From Minisyncoccota bacterium (GTDB lineage: Bacteria; Patescibacteriota; Minisyncoccia; UBA6257; 2-01-FULL-56-20), in the NCBI GenBank assembly GCA_031291905.1, contig JARLIC010000029.1, positions 1 through 62,851 of the forward strand: a stretch of DNA of 62,851 nucleotides, given 5' to 3'. This document shows positions 44,964-53,439 of the stretch, piece after piece (position 1 is the first letter of the stretch; every line of letters starts with the position of its first letter). Below the pieces are notes generated by a model, which was given only the letters and a program-made list of their open reading frames with translations, was not told the origin of the DNA and did not search any database. Position numbers and translations under genes: made by a program.

Positions 44964-45737
44964 TTATACCACGGTCAGTATCCGGGGTCCTTTTGCCGTG
45001 ATCGCGATCGTATGTTCGAAATGCGCCGCCCACGAACGGTCGACGGTACCGTAACCCTCGTCCTTCAATTGAACGATGTCGCCGCTGCCGATCGCGACCA
45101 TCGGTTCGATGGCGATCACCATGCCCTCTTTCAGCAACATCCCCGTATGCCGATCGCCGAAATTGAACACGCTCGGGTCTTCATGCATGTTCTCCCCGAT
45201 GCCGTGCCCGGTAAGCCCCTCCGCCACGGAAAATCCGTTCTTGAGCACGATATTCTCGATCGCGTAGCCGATGTCGCCGAGACGCTTGCCCGGTTTGGCC
45301 TCTTTGATGCCGAGCGCGAGTGACTCCTCCGTGACCAGAATCAGCCTCTGGACCTCCTTCGGGACCTTTCCCATGCCGCCGACCGGCACGGTGATGGCCG
45401 AATCGAGATAAAGTCCCTGATGGCGCAACCCGAGGTCAAGCTTGAGGATATCGCCCTCGCGCAACACATATCCGGACGGCTGACCGTGCACCACCACGTC
45501 GTTCACCGACGCACAGAGTGTGAACGGGTACGCCTTCCGGGCGCCCGCGGGACGATAATGAAGGAATGCGGGCTTGTCGCCGCCCGCCTCGATCTTCATG
45601 CGCGCGATGCGGTCGAGCTCGAGCGTGGTGACGCCCGGCTTCGTCTCGCGGCGGAGCAACGCAAGCACGGCGGCCAGCCGGCGCCCTCCTTCCGCCATTA
45701 TTTCGATCTGTTCCGGCGTCTTAATGAGACCTGTCAT
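44964..45737 (-). CDS. map: type I methionine aminopeptidase
   Basis: Pita-bread fold metal ligands are visible (D..D..H..E..E context: GDILKLDLG, HGIGENMHE, IEPMV, FEHT). Confidence 0.95.
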   Translation of the reverse strand: MTGLIKTPEQIEIMAEGGRRLAAVLALLRRETKPGVTTLELDRIARMKIEAGGDKPAFLHYRPAGARKAYPFTLCASVNDVVVHGQPSGYVLREGDILKLDLGLRHQGLYLDSAITVPVGGMGKVPKEVQRLILVTEESLALGIKEAKPGKRLGDIGYAIENIVLKNGFSVAEGLTGHGIGENMHEDPSVFNFGDRHTGMLLKEGMVIAIEPMVAIGSGDIVQLKDEGYGTVDRSWAAHFEHTIAITAKGPRILTVV

Positions 45738-46335
45738 GTTTATCTTTATAACGTTTCACCACGGCGCCGATCCGCGCGGCGACCTCTGCCTCGCTGCCCA
45801 TGCCGGATATATTCCGAAATTCGTACCGCTCTCTGAAGAACTCCACTACGCGCGCGATCTGCTCTTTATAATACCGCCTCCGATTCATGAGCGCACGGCG
45901 GCTGTCATCGTCGCGCTTCGTGAGTTGCCCGTTCACGTATTCACGCCGCTTCTCGGCACGGCGAATGGTCTCACGCATCGGGATCCGGATATAGATGACG
46001 AGAGGGTCGGTACGCTTGTTCTCCGCAAGCAGCCTTGCGACAAGGTGCGCCTCGTTGACCATCTTCGGGGTGCCGTTGAAGACGATCCCCTGCGTCGCGG
46101 GCACGGAAACGACCGCGTCTTTGAATATCTTCCGCACCACCACCGTCGGCGTCAGTTTGCCGATCGCCGTGGTATGCGCGTAATCGTACTGCGCAAGCGC
46201 CGCGGGCTTCTTCACCTCCCTCCCCATGTCGAGATCGTACATGCGATACCGCCGCGCAAGCTTGTCCGCCTGCGTGCCCTTGCCCGCTGCGGGATCACCG
46301 AGAATGATGAGGTTGAACGGCGGCTTTTTTGTCAT
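45721..46335 (-). CDS. adenylate kinase-family nucleoside monophosphate kinase paralogue
   Basis: P-loop LGDPAAGKGTQ and an overall short-LID adk-like layout. Diverged from the neighbouring adk. Confidence 0.7.
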   Translation of the reverse strand: MTKKPPFNLIILGDPAAGKGTQADKLARRYRMYDLDMGREVKKPAALAQYDYAHTTAIGKLTPTVVVRKIFKDAVVSVPATQGIVFNGTPKMVNEAHLVARLLAENKRTDPLVIYIRIPMRETIRRAEKRREYVNGQLTKRDDDSRRALMNRRRYYKEQIARVVEFFRERYEFRNISGMGSEAEVAARIGAVVKRYKDKHDRSH

Positions 46336-46910
46336 ATTCCGAGCGCGTCGTCGATGCTTTTTTCGACCTCGTCCATCGAGGGCCGTCCGTCGATCATGAG
46401 GTAACGCGTCTCCTTCTTGAGCACCTCCATCACCGGCATGATCACTTCATCGAAGAACTGGAGTCGTTTATCTATCGCCTCGGGCGTATCGTCCACGCGC
46501 CCTTCGGTCTTTGCGCGCAGGAGTAGGCGTTTCACTGACTCCTCGCGCGGAAGATCGATATGGATCGTGACCATTCCTTTCCGCGGTTTGGATTTCAAAA
46601 AACCGAGGATATATTCCGCCTGTCCCATCCTGCGCGGCACGCCGTCGAAGATGATGCCCTTGCCCTCCGGAATGGCGGGCAAACGGTCCTCGAGTATCCT
46701 TATCAGCATCTCGTCGCTCAGGAACTGGCCCCCGTTGATGATGCCCGCGACCTCGTGGCCGAGCGGCGTATCCTGCGCCGCGATCGCGCGCAATTCGGCC
46801 CCCGTATCCCACGAGAAAAATCCCAACTTTGCCGCCAACCGCTTTCCTTGCGTACCCTTACCCGATCCCTGCGGGCCCGTCATGAAGATAGTGTCGAAGT
46901 TCGGTTCCAT
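46332..46910 (-). CDS. adk: adenylate kinase
   Basis: MTGPQGSGKGTQ P-loop, GFFSWDTGAELR, FDGVPRR, short LID. Confidence 0.9.
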   Translation of the reverse strand: MEPNFDTIFMTGPQGSGKGTQGKRLAAKLGFFSWDTGAELRAIAAQDTPLGHEVAGIINGGQFLSDEMLIRILEDRLPAIPEGKGIIFDGVPRRMGQAEYILGFLKSKPRKGMVTIHIDLPREESVKRLLLRAKTEGRVDDTPEAIDKRLQFFDEVIMPVMEVLKKETRYLMIDGRPSMDEVEKSIDDALGI

Positions 46911-46988
46911 AGAAGATTTAATATGCTCCTATTCTAACAAAAAAAATCCGGTTTGATAAGAGCTTATTAAAAACTCATTAAATCCTGT

Positions 46989-47016
46989 TTGACCTTGATA
47001 GTAGTCAAGCTATCAT
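46989..47016 (+). promoter_or_regulatory. sigma70-like promoter on the strand opposite to the operon (TTGACC-16-TATCAT)
   Basis: -35 at 46989-46994 and -10 at 47011-47016; an ATG follows 6 nt later at 47023. Confidence 0.35.
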
Positions 47017-47022
47017 CAGAAC

Positions 47023-47124
47023 ATGCTCGCGAGTATCCAATCCCGGCTCGGCGTAAACGCAGCCATAAGGCTACAAGGCTGACGGCGGGCATAAAAACTC
47101 ACCCAATGGGGTGGGTTTTTCTTT
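47023..47124 (+). ncRNA. candidate ~100 nt transcript (sRNA or leaderless 19-codon micro-ORF, 47023-47082)
   Basis: Bounded by the promoter above and a terminator whose stem has a G-U pair only on the plus strand. The micro-ORF encodes MLASIQSRLGVNAAIRLQG. Confidence 0.3.
47094..47124 (+). terminator. intrinsic terminator (CUCACCC-AAUG-GGGUGGG-U5)
   Basis: Hairpin plus T run at 47116-47120. On the minus strand the same stem would have a C-A mismatch. Confidence 0.5.
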
Positions 47125-47240
47125 ACCCTTAAAGATACTAAAAAAGTGCATATGTTTCTCGCCAATTCGTCTTACTATCAGCTTGATTATCCCGGTATTA
47201 TCCGCGACAAACAGAAGGATGGTATAAAGAAGAAGATAGG

Positions 47241-47373
47241 TATCGAATAACAAAATGGCTCGGGTTTTTTGAAAGGTGTGTCGGAGGCACGAAGGTGCCG
47301 AGACCCAAGGCGCGAAACCAGCAGGTTTCGATGCCGTCCTTTCAAAAAACCCGAGCCATTTTGTTATTCGATA
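47241..47373 (+). ncRNA. family A hairpin-apex element, copy 4
   Basis: 36 bp perfect arms (47241-47276 and 47338-47373) and core 47277-47337. The right arm covers the secY stop and its last codons. Confidence 0.6.
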
Positions 47374-48635
47374 CCTTCGTACTCGCGAACCGTCAGCTGC
47401 GAATCAACCTGCCTCATCGTCTCAAGCGCGACGGCCACCACGATCAGAAGAGCGGTACCGCTGATGCTGACCACCGTAACGCCGGTAATCGCCTGCACGA
47501 GGGTCGGAAGGATCGCGATAAGCCCGAGAAAGATCGCGCCGAAGAACGTGATACGGTTCATGACCCCTTTGAAGAATATCTCGGTGCTCTCGCCCGGACG
47601 AATGCCCGGCACGAATCCCCCGCTCTGTTGAAGGTTCTTTGCGACCTCCTCCGGATTGAATGTGATCGCGGTATAGAAATAGGTGAAGGCAAACACGAGC
47701 AGAAAGTAGAAGATGCCGTAGTAGAGCTGGTTCGCGACGAATCCCGTAGCGAAGTTATTGATAATCGTGCCCCATTTGACCGAGAAGAGCACGACGATCT
47801 GCGCGATGAACTGCGGAACAAGCATGACCGAGATCGCGAAGATGAGTGGAATCATACCCGCCTGGTTCACTTTGAGCGGAAGATAGCTCTGTGAGCCGCC
47901 GTATATCTTGTTGCCGCGCACGCGTCGCGCATACGCCACCGGGATCTTGCGTTCGCCCTCGTTCAGATAAACGATGCCCGCAATGAGCAGGACGGCCACG
48001 ACGATGAATCCGGCGTATGCGGTGAGCAGTTGTGGCGTGTAGGATGCGACCGCGATACCGAACGTCGAAGGTAACTTGCTGATGATGCCCGCCAGAATGA
48101 TGAGCGAAATACCGTTGCCTACCTTCTCCTCGCTGATAAGCTCACCGAGCCACAGCGCAAGCATGGAGCCGCATGTGATCACAATGACGTTGCGGATGAG
48201 GCTGAACGCATCGGGCTGGGCGATCACGCCCTGCGATATGAGCAGCTTCAGAAAACCGTACGACTCGACGAACGCGAACGGCACCGTGAGCAGGCGCGAA
48301 TACTGGTTGAACTTTGCCTGACCGCGCGCACCTTCCTCGTAGTACATCTCTTTCATCTTCGGGAATATGATCGTCATGAGCTGCATGACGATGGTGGCAG
48401 TGATATACGGACCGACGCCGAGCATCACGACCGAAAGCGTGGAAAGGCCTCCTCCCGAGAAGAAGTTGAAGAACCCGAACAGTTGGTTGGAATTGAAGTA
48501 GTTCTGGAGCCGCACCGCATCGACGCCCGGGATCGGGATCGCCGCAAGCACGCGATAGGCCACCAAAAGCCCGAGGACAATAAGAATCTTATTGCGAAGC
48601 TCCTTTACTTTGAATATTTGCAAAAACCTTTCCAT
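47364..48635 (-). CDS. secY: preprotein translocase subunit SecY
   Basis: 423 aa, 10 TM helices, conserved GVGPYITATIVMQL and plug or hinge regions. Confidence 0.97.
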   Translation of the reverse strand: MERFLQIFKVKELRNKILIVLGLLVAYRVLAAIPIPGVDAVRLQNYFNSNQLFGFFNFFSGGGLSTLSVVMLGVGPYITATIVMQLMTIIFPKMKEMYYEEGARGQAKFNQYSRLLTVPFAFVESYGFLKLLISQGVIAQPDAFSLIRNVIVITCGSMLALWLGELISEEKVGNGISLIILAGIISKLPSTFGIAVASYTPQLLTAYAGFIVVAVLLIAGIVYLNEGERKIPVAYARRVRGNKIYGGSQSYLPLKVNQAGMIPLIFAISVMLVPQFIAQIVVLFSVKWGTIINNFATGFVANQLYYGIFYFLLVFAFTYFYTAITFNPEEVAKNLQQSGGFVPGIRPGESTEIFFKGVMNRITFFGAIFLGLIAILPTLVQAITGVTVVSISGTALLIVVAVALETMRQVDSQLTVREYEGIE

Positions 48636-48653
48636 GATTTTTCTGCTTTGATG

Positions 48654-48714
48654 GTTTTATAGTATCACTTTTGGGGCGATAAATCTTCTCGACCCAAAAG
48701 TGATACTATAAAAC
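48654..48714 (-). terminator. 22 bp perfect palindrome overlapping the rplO stop codon, in the rplO-secY spacer
   Basis: Arms at 48654-48675 and 48693-48714 with a 17 nt loop. The right arm contains the last rplO codons and TAG. Confidence 0.5.
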
Positions 48715-49146
48715 ACTCCCGCCCGCCTTTTCGATCTTCGCCTTTGCGCCCGCGGAAACCTGGAATCCCTTCACGGCGACCGGGAATGCGATCTCGCCCG
48801 TGCCCAGGATCTTCACGATGCCCTTATAATCCTTTCTGATGAGCTTTGCCGACTGCAGAAGCGCGCGGTCGACGGCCAACGGCGTGCCGGCCTTCGCCTG
48901 CGGTGCGAACTTCTTCGAGATCGTGCCGAGATTGAACACTTCGGGATTCTCATCCTTCTGTTTGTTGCGGAAACCGCGCAACTTCGGAAGCTTCAGAATG
49001 ATGTCGCGCTCCGCCGGACGGATCCTGTGTCCGGAACGTGAACGCTGACCTTTCTGGCCGCGTCCGGAGTAACTGCCGCGCTTGCCGCTGCGCCCGATGC
49101 GCTGGGTCTTGCGGGTCCTCAGGGTTGTAAGTTCGTGGAGTTTCAT
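48706..49146 (-). CDS. rplO: 50S ribosomal protein L15
   Basis: MKLHEL..RKTQRIGRSGKRGSYSGRGQKGQRSRSG, typical L15 N-terminus. Confidence 0.95.
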   Translation of the reverse strand: MKLHELTTLRTRKTQRIGRSGKRGSYSGRGQKGQRSRSGHRIRPAERDIILKLPKLRGFRNKQKDENPEVFNLGTISKKFAPQAKAGTPLAVDRALLQSAKLIRKDYKGIVKILGTGEIAFPVAVKGFQVSAGAKAKIEKAGGSVL

Positions 49147-49191
49147 GTTTTTTTCTTTATTCTTCTTTCCTTCTTCCCGTTAATTCTTCCT

Positions 49192-49722
49192 CTATGCTTT
49201 GAGCTTCTTCAGTGCCTCGATGGTCGCCTTCGCGTTGGTCAGCTTGTTTGGCGTGCGGCCGAGCACTTTCGCGGTGGCATCTTTGATGCCCGCGAACGCA
49301 AGCACGAAACGCACCGCACCGCCCGCGCGGAGACCGTGCCCCTTGCTCGCCGGTTTAATGAGTACCTGCGCGGCGCTGTATTTCGCATCGACCTGATGCG
49401 CGATCGTGCGGCCGTCCTTCAGACTCACCGTGATAACGTTCTTCTTTGCATCGGCCTTCGCCTTCGCGACCGCCTGCTGCACATCGAGACCCTTTGCGAC
49501 GCCGATGCCGACCCTGCCCTTCTCGTCGCCGATCACGATCGTGACACGGAAACGGAAACGCTTGCCTCCTGCGACCACGCGCGTGACGCGGCGGTTGTCG
49601 AGCACGCGCTCCTTGAACTCGTCATGGGAGACCTGCGGCTGGCGCGTATTCCTCCTGTAGGTATTGGATGAAGTGATCGGTGGCATGATGTTATATCTTA
49701 AGACCTCCTTTTTTTGCTCCAT
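49192..49722 (-). CDS. rpsE: 30S ribosomal protein S5
   Basis: RVTRVVAGGKRFRFRVTIVIGD core. Start is uncertain (ATG at 49722 or 49686; the ORF-track TTG is at 49728). Confidence 0.92.
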   Translation of the reverse strand: MEQKKEVLRYNIMPPITSSNTYRRNTRQPQVSHDEFKERVLDNRRVTRVVAGGKRFRFRVTIVIGDEKGRVGIGVAKGLDVQQAVAKAKADAKKNVITVSLKDGRTIAHQVDAKYSAAQVLIKPASKGHGLRAGGAVRFVLAFAGIKDATAKVLGRTPNKLTNAKATIEALKKLKA

Positions 49723-50092
49723 CGACAAAACTCTTCACCCGTCCGTGGAACTTGTAGGACCGGCGGTCGAGCACCGCGGAGGCGATTCCCTTCTCTGTCG
49801 CCTTCTTTCCGATCGTCTCTCCCACCATGAAGGAATCCTGGGTCTTTGTGGTCGTTTTTTTCGCAGCGACCTTCTTCCCTTCCTCCTTCTTCCCCTTCTT
49901 GCCTTCCTTTGCGGGGGCGCTCGACGCCGAGATCAGCGTGTGCCCTTTGGTGTCATCGATGAGCTGTGCGTAAAAATACCGGTTGCTCCGGCTCACGGCA
50001 AGGCGCGGCCGTTCCGCGGTGCCGATGATGGTCGCGCGCACGCGGGCCGTGCGACGCATCCTTCTTTTGTTCAATTTCTTTGCTGCTTTCAT
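49691..50092 (-). CDS. rplR: 50S ribosomal protein L18
   Basis: RPRLAVSRSNRYFYAQLIDD motif, plus an internal K/E-rich insertion. Confidence 0.93.
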   Translation of the reverse strand: MKAAKKLNKRRMRRTARVRATIIGTAERPRLAVSRSNRYFYAQLIDDTKGHTLISASSAPAKEGKKGKKEEGKKVAAKKTTTKTQDSFMVGETIGKKATEKGIASAVLDRRSYKFHGRVKSFVDGAKKGGLKI

Positions 50093-50112
50093 GATAGTAG
50101 ATATAGTAGCGG

Positions 50113-50655
50113 TTACGAGCCGGTAGCACCAGCTTTCTTGCCGACCTTCCTGCGGATGACCTCGCCGCGGTAATGGATGCCTTTGCCTTTGTAGGGTTCC
50201 GGCTTCTTGAACGCGCGGATCTCCGCGGCCACCTGGCCCACTTCCTCCTTGTTGATACCCGAGATCTTTATCGTGTTCTTCTCCACCGCCACGGTGACGT
50301 GGTCCGGGATCGCCATGCGCACCGGGAGCGCATACCCCAGGAAGAGCACAAGCTCCTTCCCCTCGAGGACCGCGCGGTAACCGACGCCTTCGATCTCGAG
50401 GATCTTCTCGAATCCCTTCGTGACGCCCTCGATCGCGTTGCGCGCGAGCGCCCAGATAGTCCCGTGGATTGCGGTATCGTCCACTTTGCTTCCGGCCTTC
50501 ACCCAGAGGTTGTTGCCCTCCACCTCGATCGCGACCTCCGAAGGGAACGGCAGGGTGATCTCACCCTTGGGCCCCTTCACCCGAAGCATGCCCTCGTCAA
50601 TGGTGACTGAGGCGCCTTCTTCGATAGCGACCGGCTTTTTGATCAATCGGCTCAT
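50113..50655 (-). CDS. rplF: 50S ribosomal protein L6
   Basis: MSRLIKKPVAIEEGASV..., two L6 repeats, C-terminal PEPYKGKGIHY. Confidence 0.95.
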   Translation of the reverse strand: MSRLIKKPVAIEEGASVTIDEGMLRVKGPKGEITLPFPSEVAIEVEGNNLWVKAGSKVDDTAIHGTIWALARNAIEGVTKGFEKILEIEGVGYRAVLEGKELVLFLGYALPVRMAIPDHVTVAVEKNTIKISGINKEEVGQVAAEIRAFKKPEPYKGKGIHYRGEVIRRKVGKKAGATGS

Positions 50656-50671
50656 AATAGTGTTCGTAGTG

Positions 50672-51052
50672 TTACCAGAGTTCAAAGAGGTATTCGCCTC
50701 CAACCTTGTTTTTTCTCGCCTCTTTCCCGGTCATGATACCCTGTGACGTCGAAAGCATGGAGATGCCATGGCCCGAGCGTACGGTGTTCAGACTCCGGTA
50801 ATCGATATAGGTATGCCTGCTCGGCTTGCTCTTGATGGAAAAATCGTTCACCACCGGCACCTTTCCCCCGTGCATCACCCGCACCGCGATGATGTTCTTC
50901 TTGCCCACCGTCTCCTTTTCGACAGCCTTCACGTAGCCGTTCTCCGCGAGCTTTTTGAGGATCGCAAAATCCATCTTCGAATACGGGAAGGTGATCTTGT
51001 CCTTTTTCGCGCGGACCGCGTTCTTCAGTTCGGAAAGGATGTTGTAATGCAT
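50672..51052 (-). CDS. rpsH: 30S ribosomal protein S8
   Basis: 126 aa, L.N...A....V..P.S pattern, C-terminal GGEYLFELW. Confidence 0.95.
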   Translation of the reverse strand: MHYNILSELKNAVRAKKDKITFPYSKMDFAILKKLAENGYVKAVEKETVGKKNIIAVRVMHGGKVPVVNDFSIKSKPSRHTYIDYRSLNTVRSGHGISMLSTSQGIMTGKEARKNKVGGEYLFELW

Positions 51053-51059
51053 TATCGTG

Positions 51060-51245
51060 TTACCATGATGCTTTTTTCACGCCCGGGATCTGCTGATTGG
51101 TGGCCATCTCGCGGAAACAGATACGGCAAAGGCCGAAGTCCCTCATGAACCCGCGCTTGCGTCCGCAGCGGAAACAGCGGCGCACGATGCGGCTCGAGAA
51201 CTTGGGGCGCTTTTTCGATCGCGCGATGACGGATTCTTTTGCCAT
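51060..51245 (-). CDS. rpsN: 30S ribosomal protein S14 type Z (zinc-binding)
   Basis: 61 aa with [20 protein letters not shown]. Confidence 0.95.
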   Translation of the reverse strand: MAKESVIARSKKRPKFSSRIVRRCFRCGRKRGFMRDFGLCRICFREMATNQQIPGVKKASW

Positions 51246-51246
51246 A

Positions 51247-51807
51247 TTATTTGGTCTTTCTTGGTTTCGTCCTTGCCTTTCCCTTCTTGCCGTCCTCTTT
51301 CTTCAAGGGGACGCCGAGCGCGGTGAATGCCTCGAACGACTTGTCGTGGTTCCGTATCTTCGGGACCATACTTGCGCCGAGCGAAAACGAGATCGGCGAC
51401 TGCTCCGGCTTGATCTCCGGGAACACGAGTTGGTCGCGCACGCCGATGTTCAGCGTACCGCCCTGGTCGATCACCGACCGCTCAAGTCCGCTGAAGTCGC
51501 GTACGCGGGGCAACACTATTGTAATCAATCTCTCGAAAAAATCAACCATTTTGCGGCCGCGAAGCGTCACGCGGAGCCCGACGATCTGCCCTTCGCGGAT
51601 CTTGAACCCGGCGATGGACTCCTTGGCGCGGCGGATCTGCGGCTGCTGACCGGTGACGGCGGCAATGTCGCGCATCACCTGCGGAAGGACCTTCTCTTCG
51701 AAGTTCGGCTGCTGGCTCAGGCGTCCGACGCCCGCGTCAATGACGGCCTTCTCGAGAAGTGCGCGGATGGCTGCTTTGTTCGTATTTGTTTTGGTTGCGG
51801 TTGCCAT
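51247..51807 (-). CDS. rplE: 50S ribosomal protein L5
   Basis: [19 protein letters not shown] and FPEI motifs. The ATG at 51807 lies just after the rplX stop. Confidence 0.93.
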   Translation of the reverse strand: MATATKTNTNKAAIRALLEKAVIDAGVGRLSQQPNFEEKVLPQVMRDIAAVTGQQPQIRRAKESIAGFKIREGQIVGLRVTLRGRKMVDFFERLITIVLPRVRDFSGLERSVIDQGGTLNIGVRDQLVFPEIKPEQSPISFSLGASMVPKIRNHDKSFEAFTALGVPLKKEDGKKGKARTKPRKTK

Positions 51808-51814
51808 GACTATA

Positions 51815-52120
51815 TTAAATGGTGGATTTGCATTTCTTGCAGTAACGGACCTTCCTCTTCCCCTCGATGCGGCCACCGACGCGCGTGGGCGCCTTGCAGC
51901 TGGGGCAGATGAGCATGACCTTCGAGGCCGGCATCGGACGGGAGACCTCGATGAGCTGTCCCTTTTCGCCCTGCTTCCGCGGACGCGAATGCTTTTTGAA
52001 GAGATTCAACCCGTCGACGGCGATCTTTCCCGTCGCAGTGAAGACCTCCAACACCGCGCCGGTCTTGCCGCGATCCTTTCCCGAAAGCACTTTTACATTG
52101 TCGCCCTTCTTGATATTCAT
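51815..52120 (-). CDS. rplX: 50S ribosomal protein L24
   Basis: MNIKKGDNVKVLSGKDRGKTG KOW motif. Confidence 0.95.
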   Translation of the reverse strand: MNIKKGDNVKVLSGKDRGKTGAVLEVFTATGKIAVDGLNLFKKHSRPRKQGEKGQLIEVSRPMPASKVMLICPSCKAPTRVGGRIEGKRKVRYCKKCKSTI

Positions 52121-52125
52121 GGAAG

Positions 52126-52494
52126 TTATACTATTTCCTCCGCCATCGTCATAAGTTTCTCGAATCCCTTCTCTTTAAGCTCGCGCGGGAGCGGGCCGAA
52201 GATACGCGTCGCCACCGGCTCCTTTTTTGCGTCGACAAGGATCACCGCATTCTCGTCAAAACGGACATAGGAACCGTCCTTGCGGCGCAACGCGTTCTTG
52301 GAGCGGATGACCATCACCTTCACGACATCCTTCTTCTTGACCGCTTTGCGCGGTTCCGCGGACTGCACGGAAGCGACCACGATATCGCCGACCCCGGCAT
52401 AGCGCCGACCGCTGCCTCCGAGCACGCGGAAACAACGCACGACCTTCGCGCCGCTGTTGTCCGCAACTTTCAATACTGAACGTTCCTGGATCAT
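52126..52494 (-). CDS. rplN: 50S ribosomal protein L14
   Basis: MIQERSVLKVADNSGAK... Confidence 0.97.
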   Translation of the reverse strand: MIQERSVLKVADNSGAKVVRCFRVLGGSGRRYAGVGDIVVASVQSAEPRKAVKKKDVVKVMVIRSKNALRRKDGSYVRFDENAVILVDAKKEPVATRIFGPLPRELKEKGFEKLMTMAEEIV

Positions 52495-52512
52495 GATAAA
52501 AGAATAAGGATG

Positions 52513-52767
52513 TTAGGAGACTTTGCCGATTATTTTCCAACGCTTCTCCCGTGACATCGGGCGCGCCTCTTCGATGGTCACCTTGTCGCCGGTCTTGTAC
52601 TCGTTGTTCTCGTCGTGCGCTTTGAACTTCGTGGTGACGTGGTAGTACTTCAAATACTTCGGATGCTTCTTGAGGCGCTGTACCGCAACCACGCGCGTCT
52701 TCGTCATCTTGTCGGAGACGACCGTTCCTACGATCTTCCTTTTTTTGTTTTCCTGGGATTTTTCCAT
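52513..52767 (-). CDS. rpsQ: 30S ribosomal protein S17
   Basis: GTVVSDKMTKTRVVAV..HPKY.K.....KFKAHDE pattern. Confidence 0.95.
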   Translation of the reverse strand: MEKSQENKKRKIVGTVVSDKMTKTRVVAVQRLKKHPKYLKYYHVTTKFKAHDENNEYKTGDKVTIEEARPMSREKRWKIIGKVS

Positions 52768-52778
52768 GGTGATTGAGT

Positions 52779-52814
52779 CTTGGTCCTTTTTCGGGATTTA
52801 GCTGCTATTGGGAA
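52779..52814 (-). repeat. copy of the recurrent ~32 nt motif (TTCCCAATAGCAGCTAAATCCCGAAAAAGGACCAAG)
   Basis: Spans the last rpmC codons plus TAG and the rpmC-rpsQ spacer. Confidence 0.45.
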
Positions 52815-53011
52815 CTTGTCATTTGCTCCTTGATAAAGGTCTTCGCCCGCGCAATACGCTTGCGCACCTCGCGAAGCTCGGCGACATTCTTCACCTTACC
52901 CGCCGCAAGGTCAAAACGCAACGCACGAAGCCGCTCCGTACTCTCGCCCGCGATGCGCTCGAGCTCCATCGGGGACTTATGCTTCATCTCTTGTATATCT
53001 TTCTTCTTCAT
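52805..53011 (-). CDS. rpmC: 50S ribosomal protein L29
   Basis: 68 aa with ELRALRFDLAAGKVKN-like helix pair. Confidence 0.92.
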   Translation of the reverse strand: MKKKDIQEMKHKSPMELERIAGESTERLRALRFDLAAGKVKNVAELREVRKRIARAKTFIKEQMTSSQ

Positions 53012-53016
53012 TTGAA

Positions 53017-53427
53017 TTATTTGACGATGATCCTTGTTTTCACCGGCAATTTGAACGATGCATGACGCAAGGCCTCTTTTGCCTTCACGGCGTCAACGCC
53101 GTCGATCTCGAAAAGCACGCGGCCCGGCTTCACCGGGAACACATAGTGGTCCACCGAACCCTTTCCGCCTCCGAGCGTCTTCTCGGGAGCCTGCAAGGTT
53201 ATCGGCTTGTCGGGGAAGATACGGATCCAAAGGCGTCCTTCCCTCTTCAGGAAGTTCGTGATCGTCTTGCGCGCCGCTTCGATCTGGCGGGAGTTCACCC
53301 ACGCCGACTCGGTCGACTTCAGGCCGAACTGGCCATAGCTCAGCTCAAGCCCGCGCGTTTCAACGGTGCGCGAACGCGAACGTCCTTTCTGCCACTTGCG
53401 ATGTTTTACTTTTTTGGGGAGAAGCAT
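53017..53427 (-). CDS. rplP: 50S ribosomal protein L16
   Basis: MLLPKKVKHRKWQKGR... Confidence 0.97.
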   Translation of the reverse strand: MLLPKKVKHRKWQKGRSRSRTVETRGLELSYGQFGLKSTESAWVNSRQIEAARKTITNFLKREGRLWIRIFPDKPITLQAPEKTLGGGKGSVDHYVFPVKPGRVLFEIDGVDAVKAKEALRHASFKLPVKTRIIVK

Positions 53428-53439
53428 ATCGGTGGAATA

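Noticed and set aside
47071-47253. 60-codon minus-strand ORF in the adk-secY spacer.
   Set aside because: It starts with TTG inside the arm of family A copy 4 and lies in AT-rich sequence. It has a hydrophobic low-complexity translation and no SD or promoter. A plus-strand promoter-terminator unit explains the region better.
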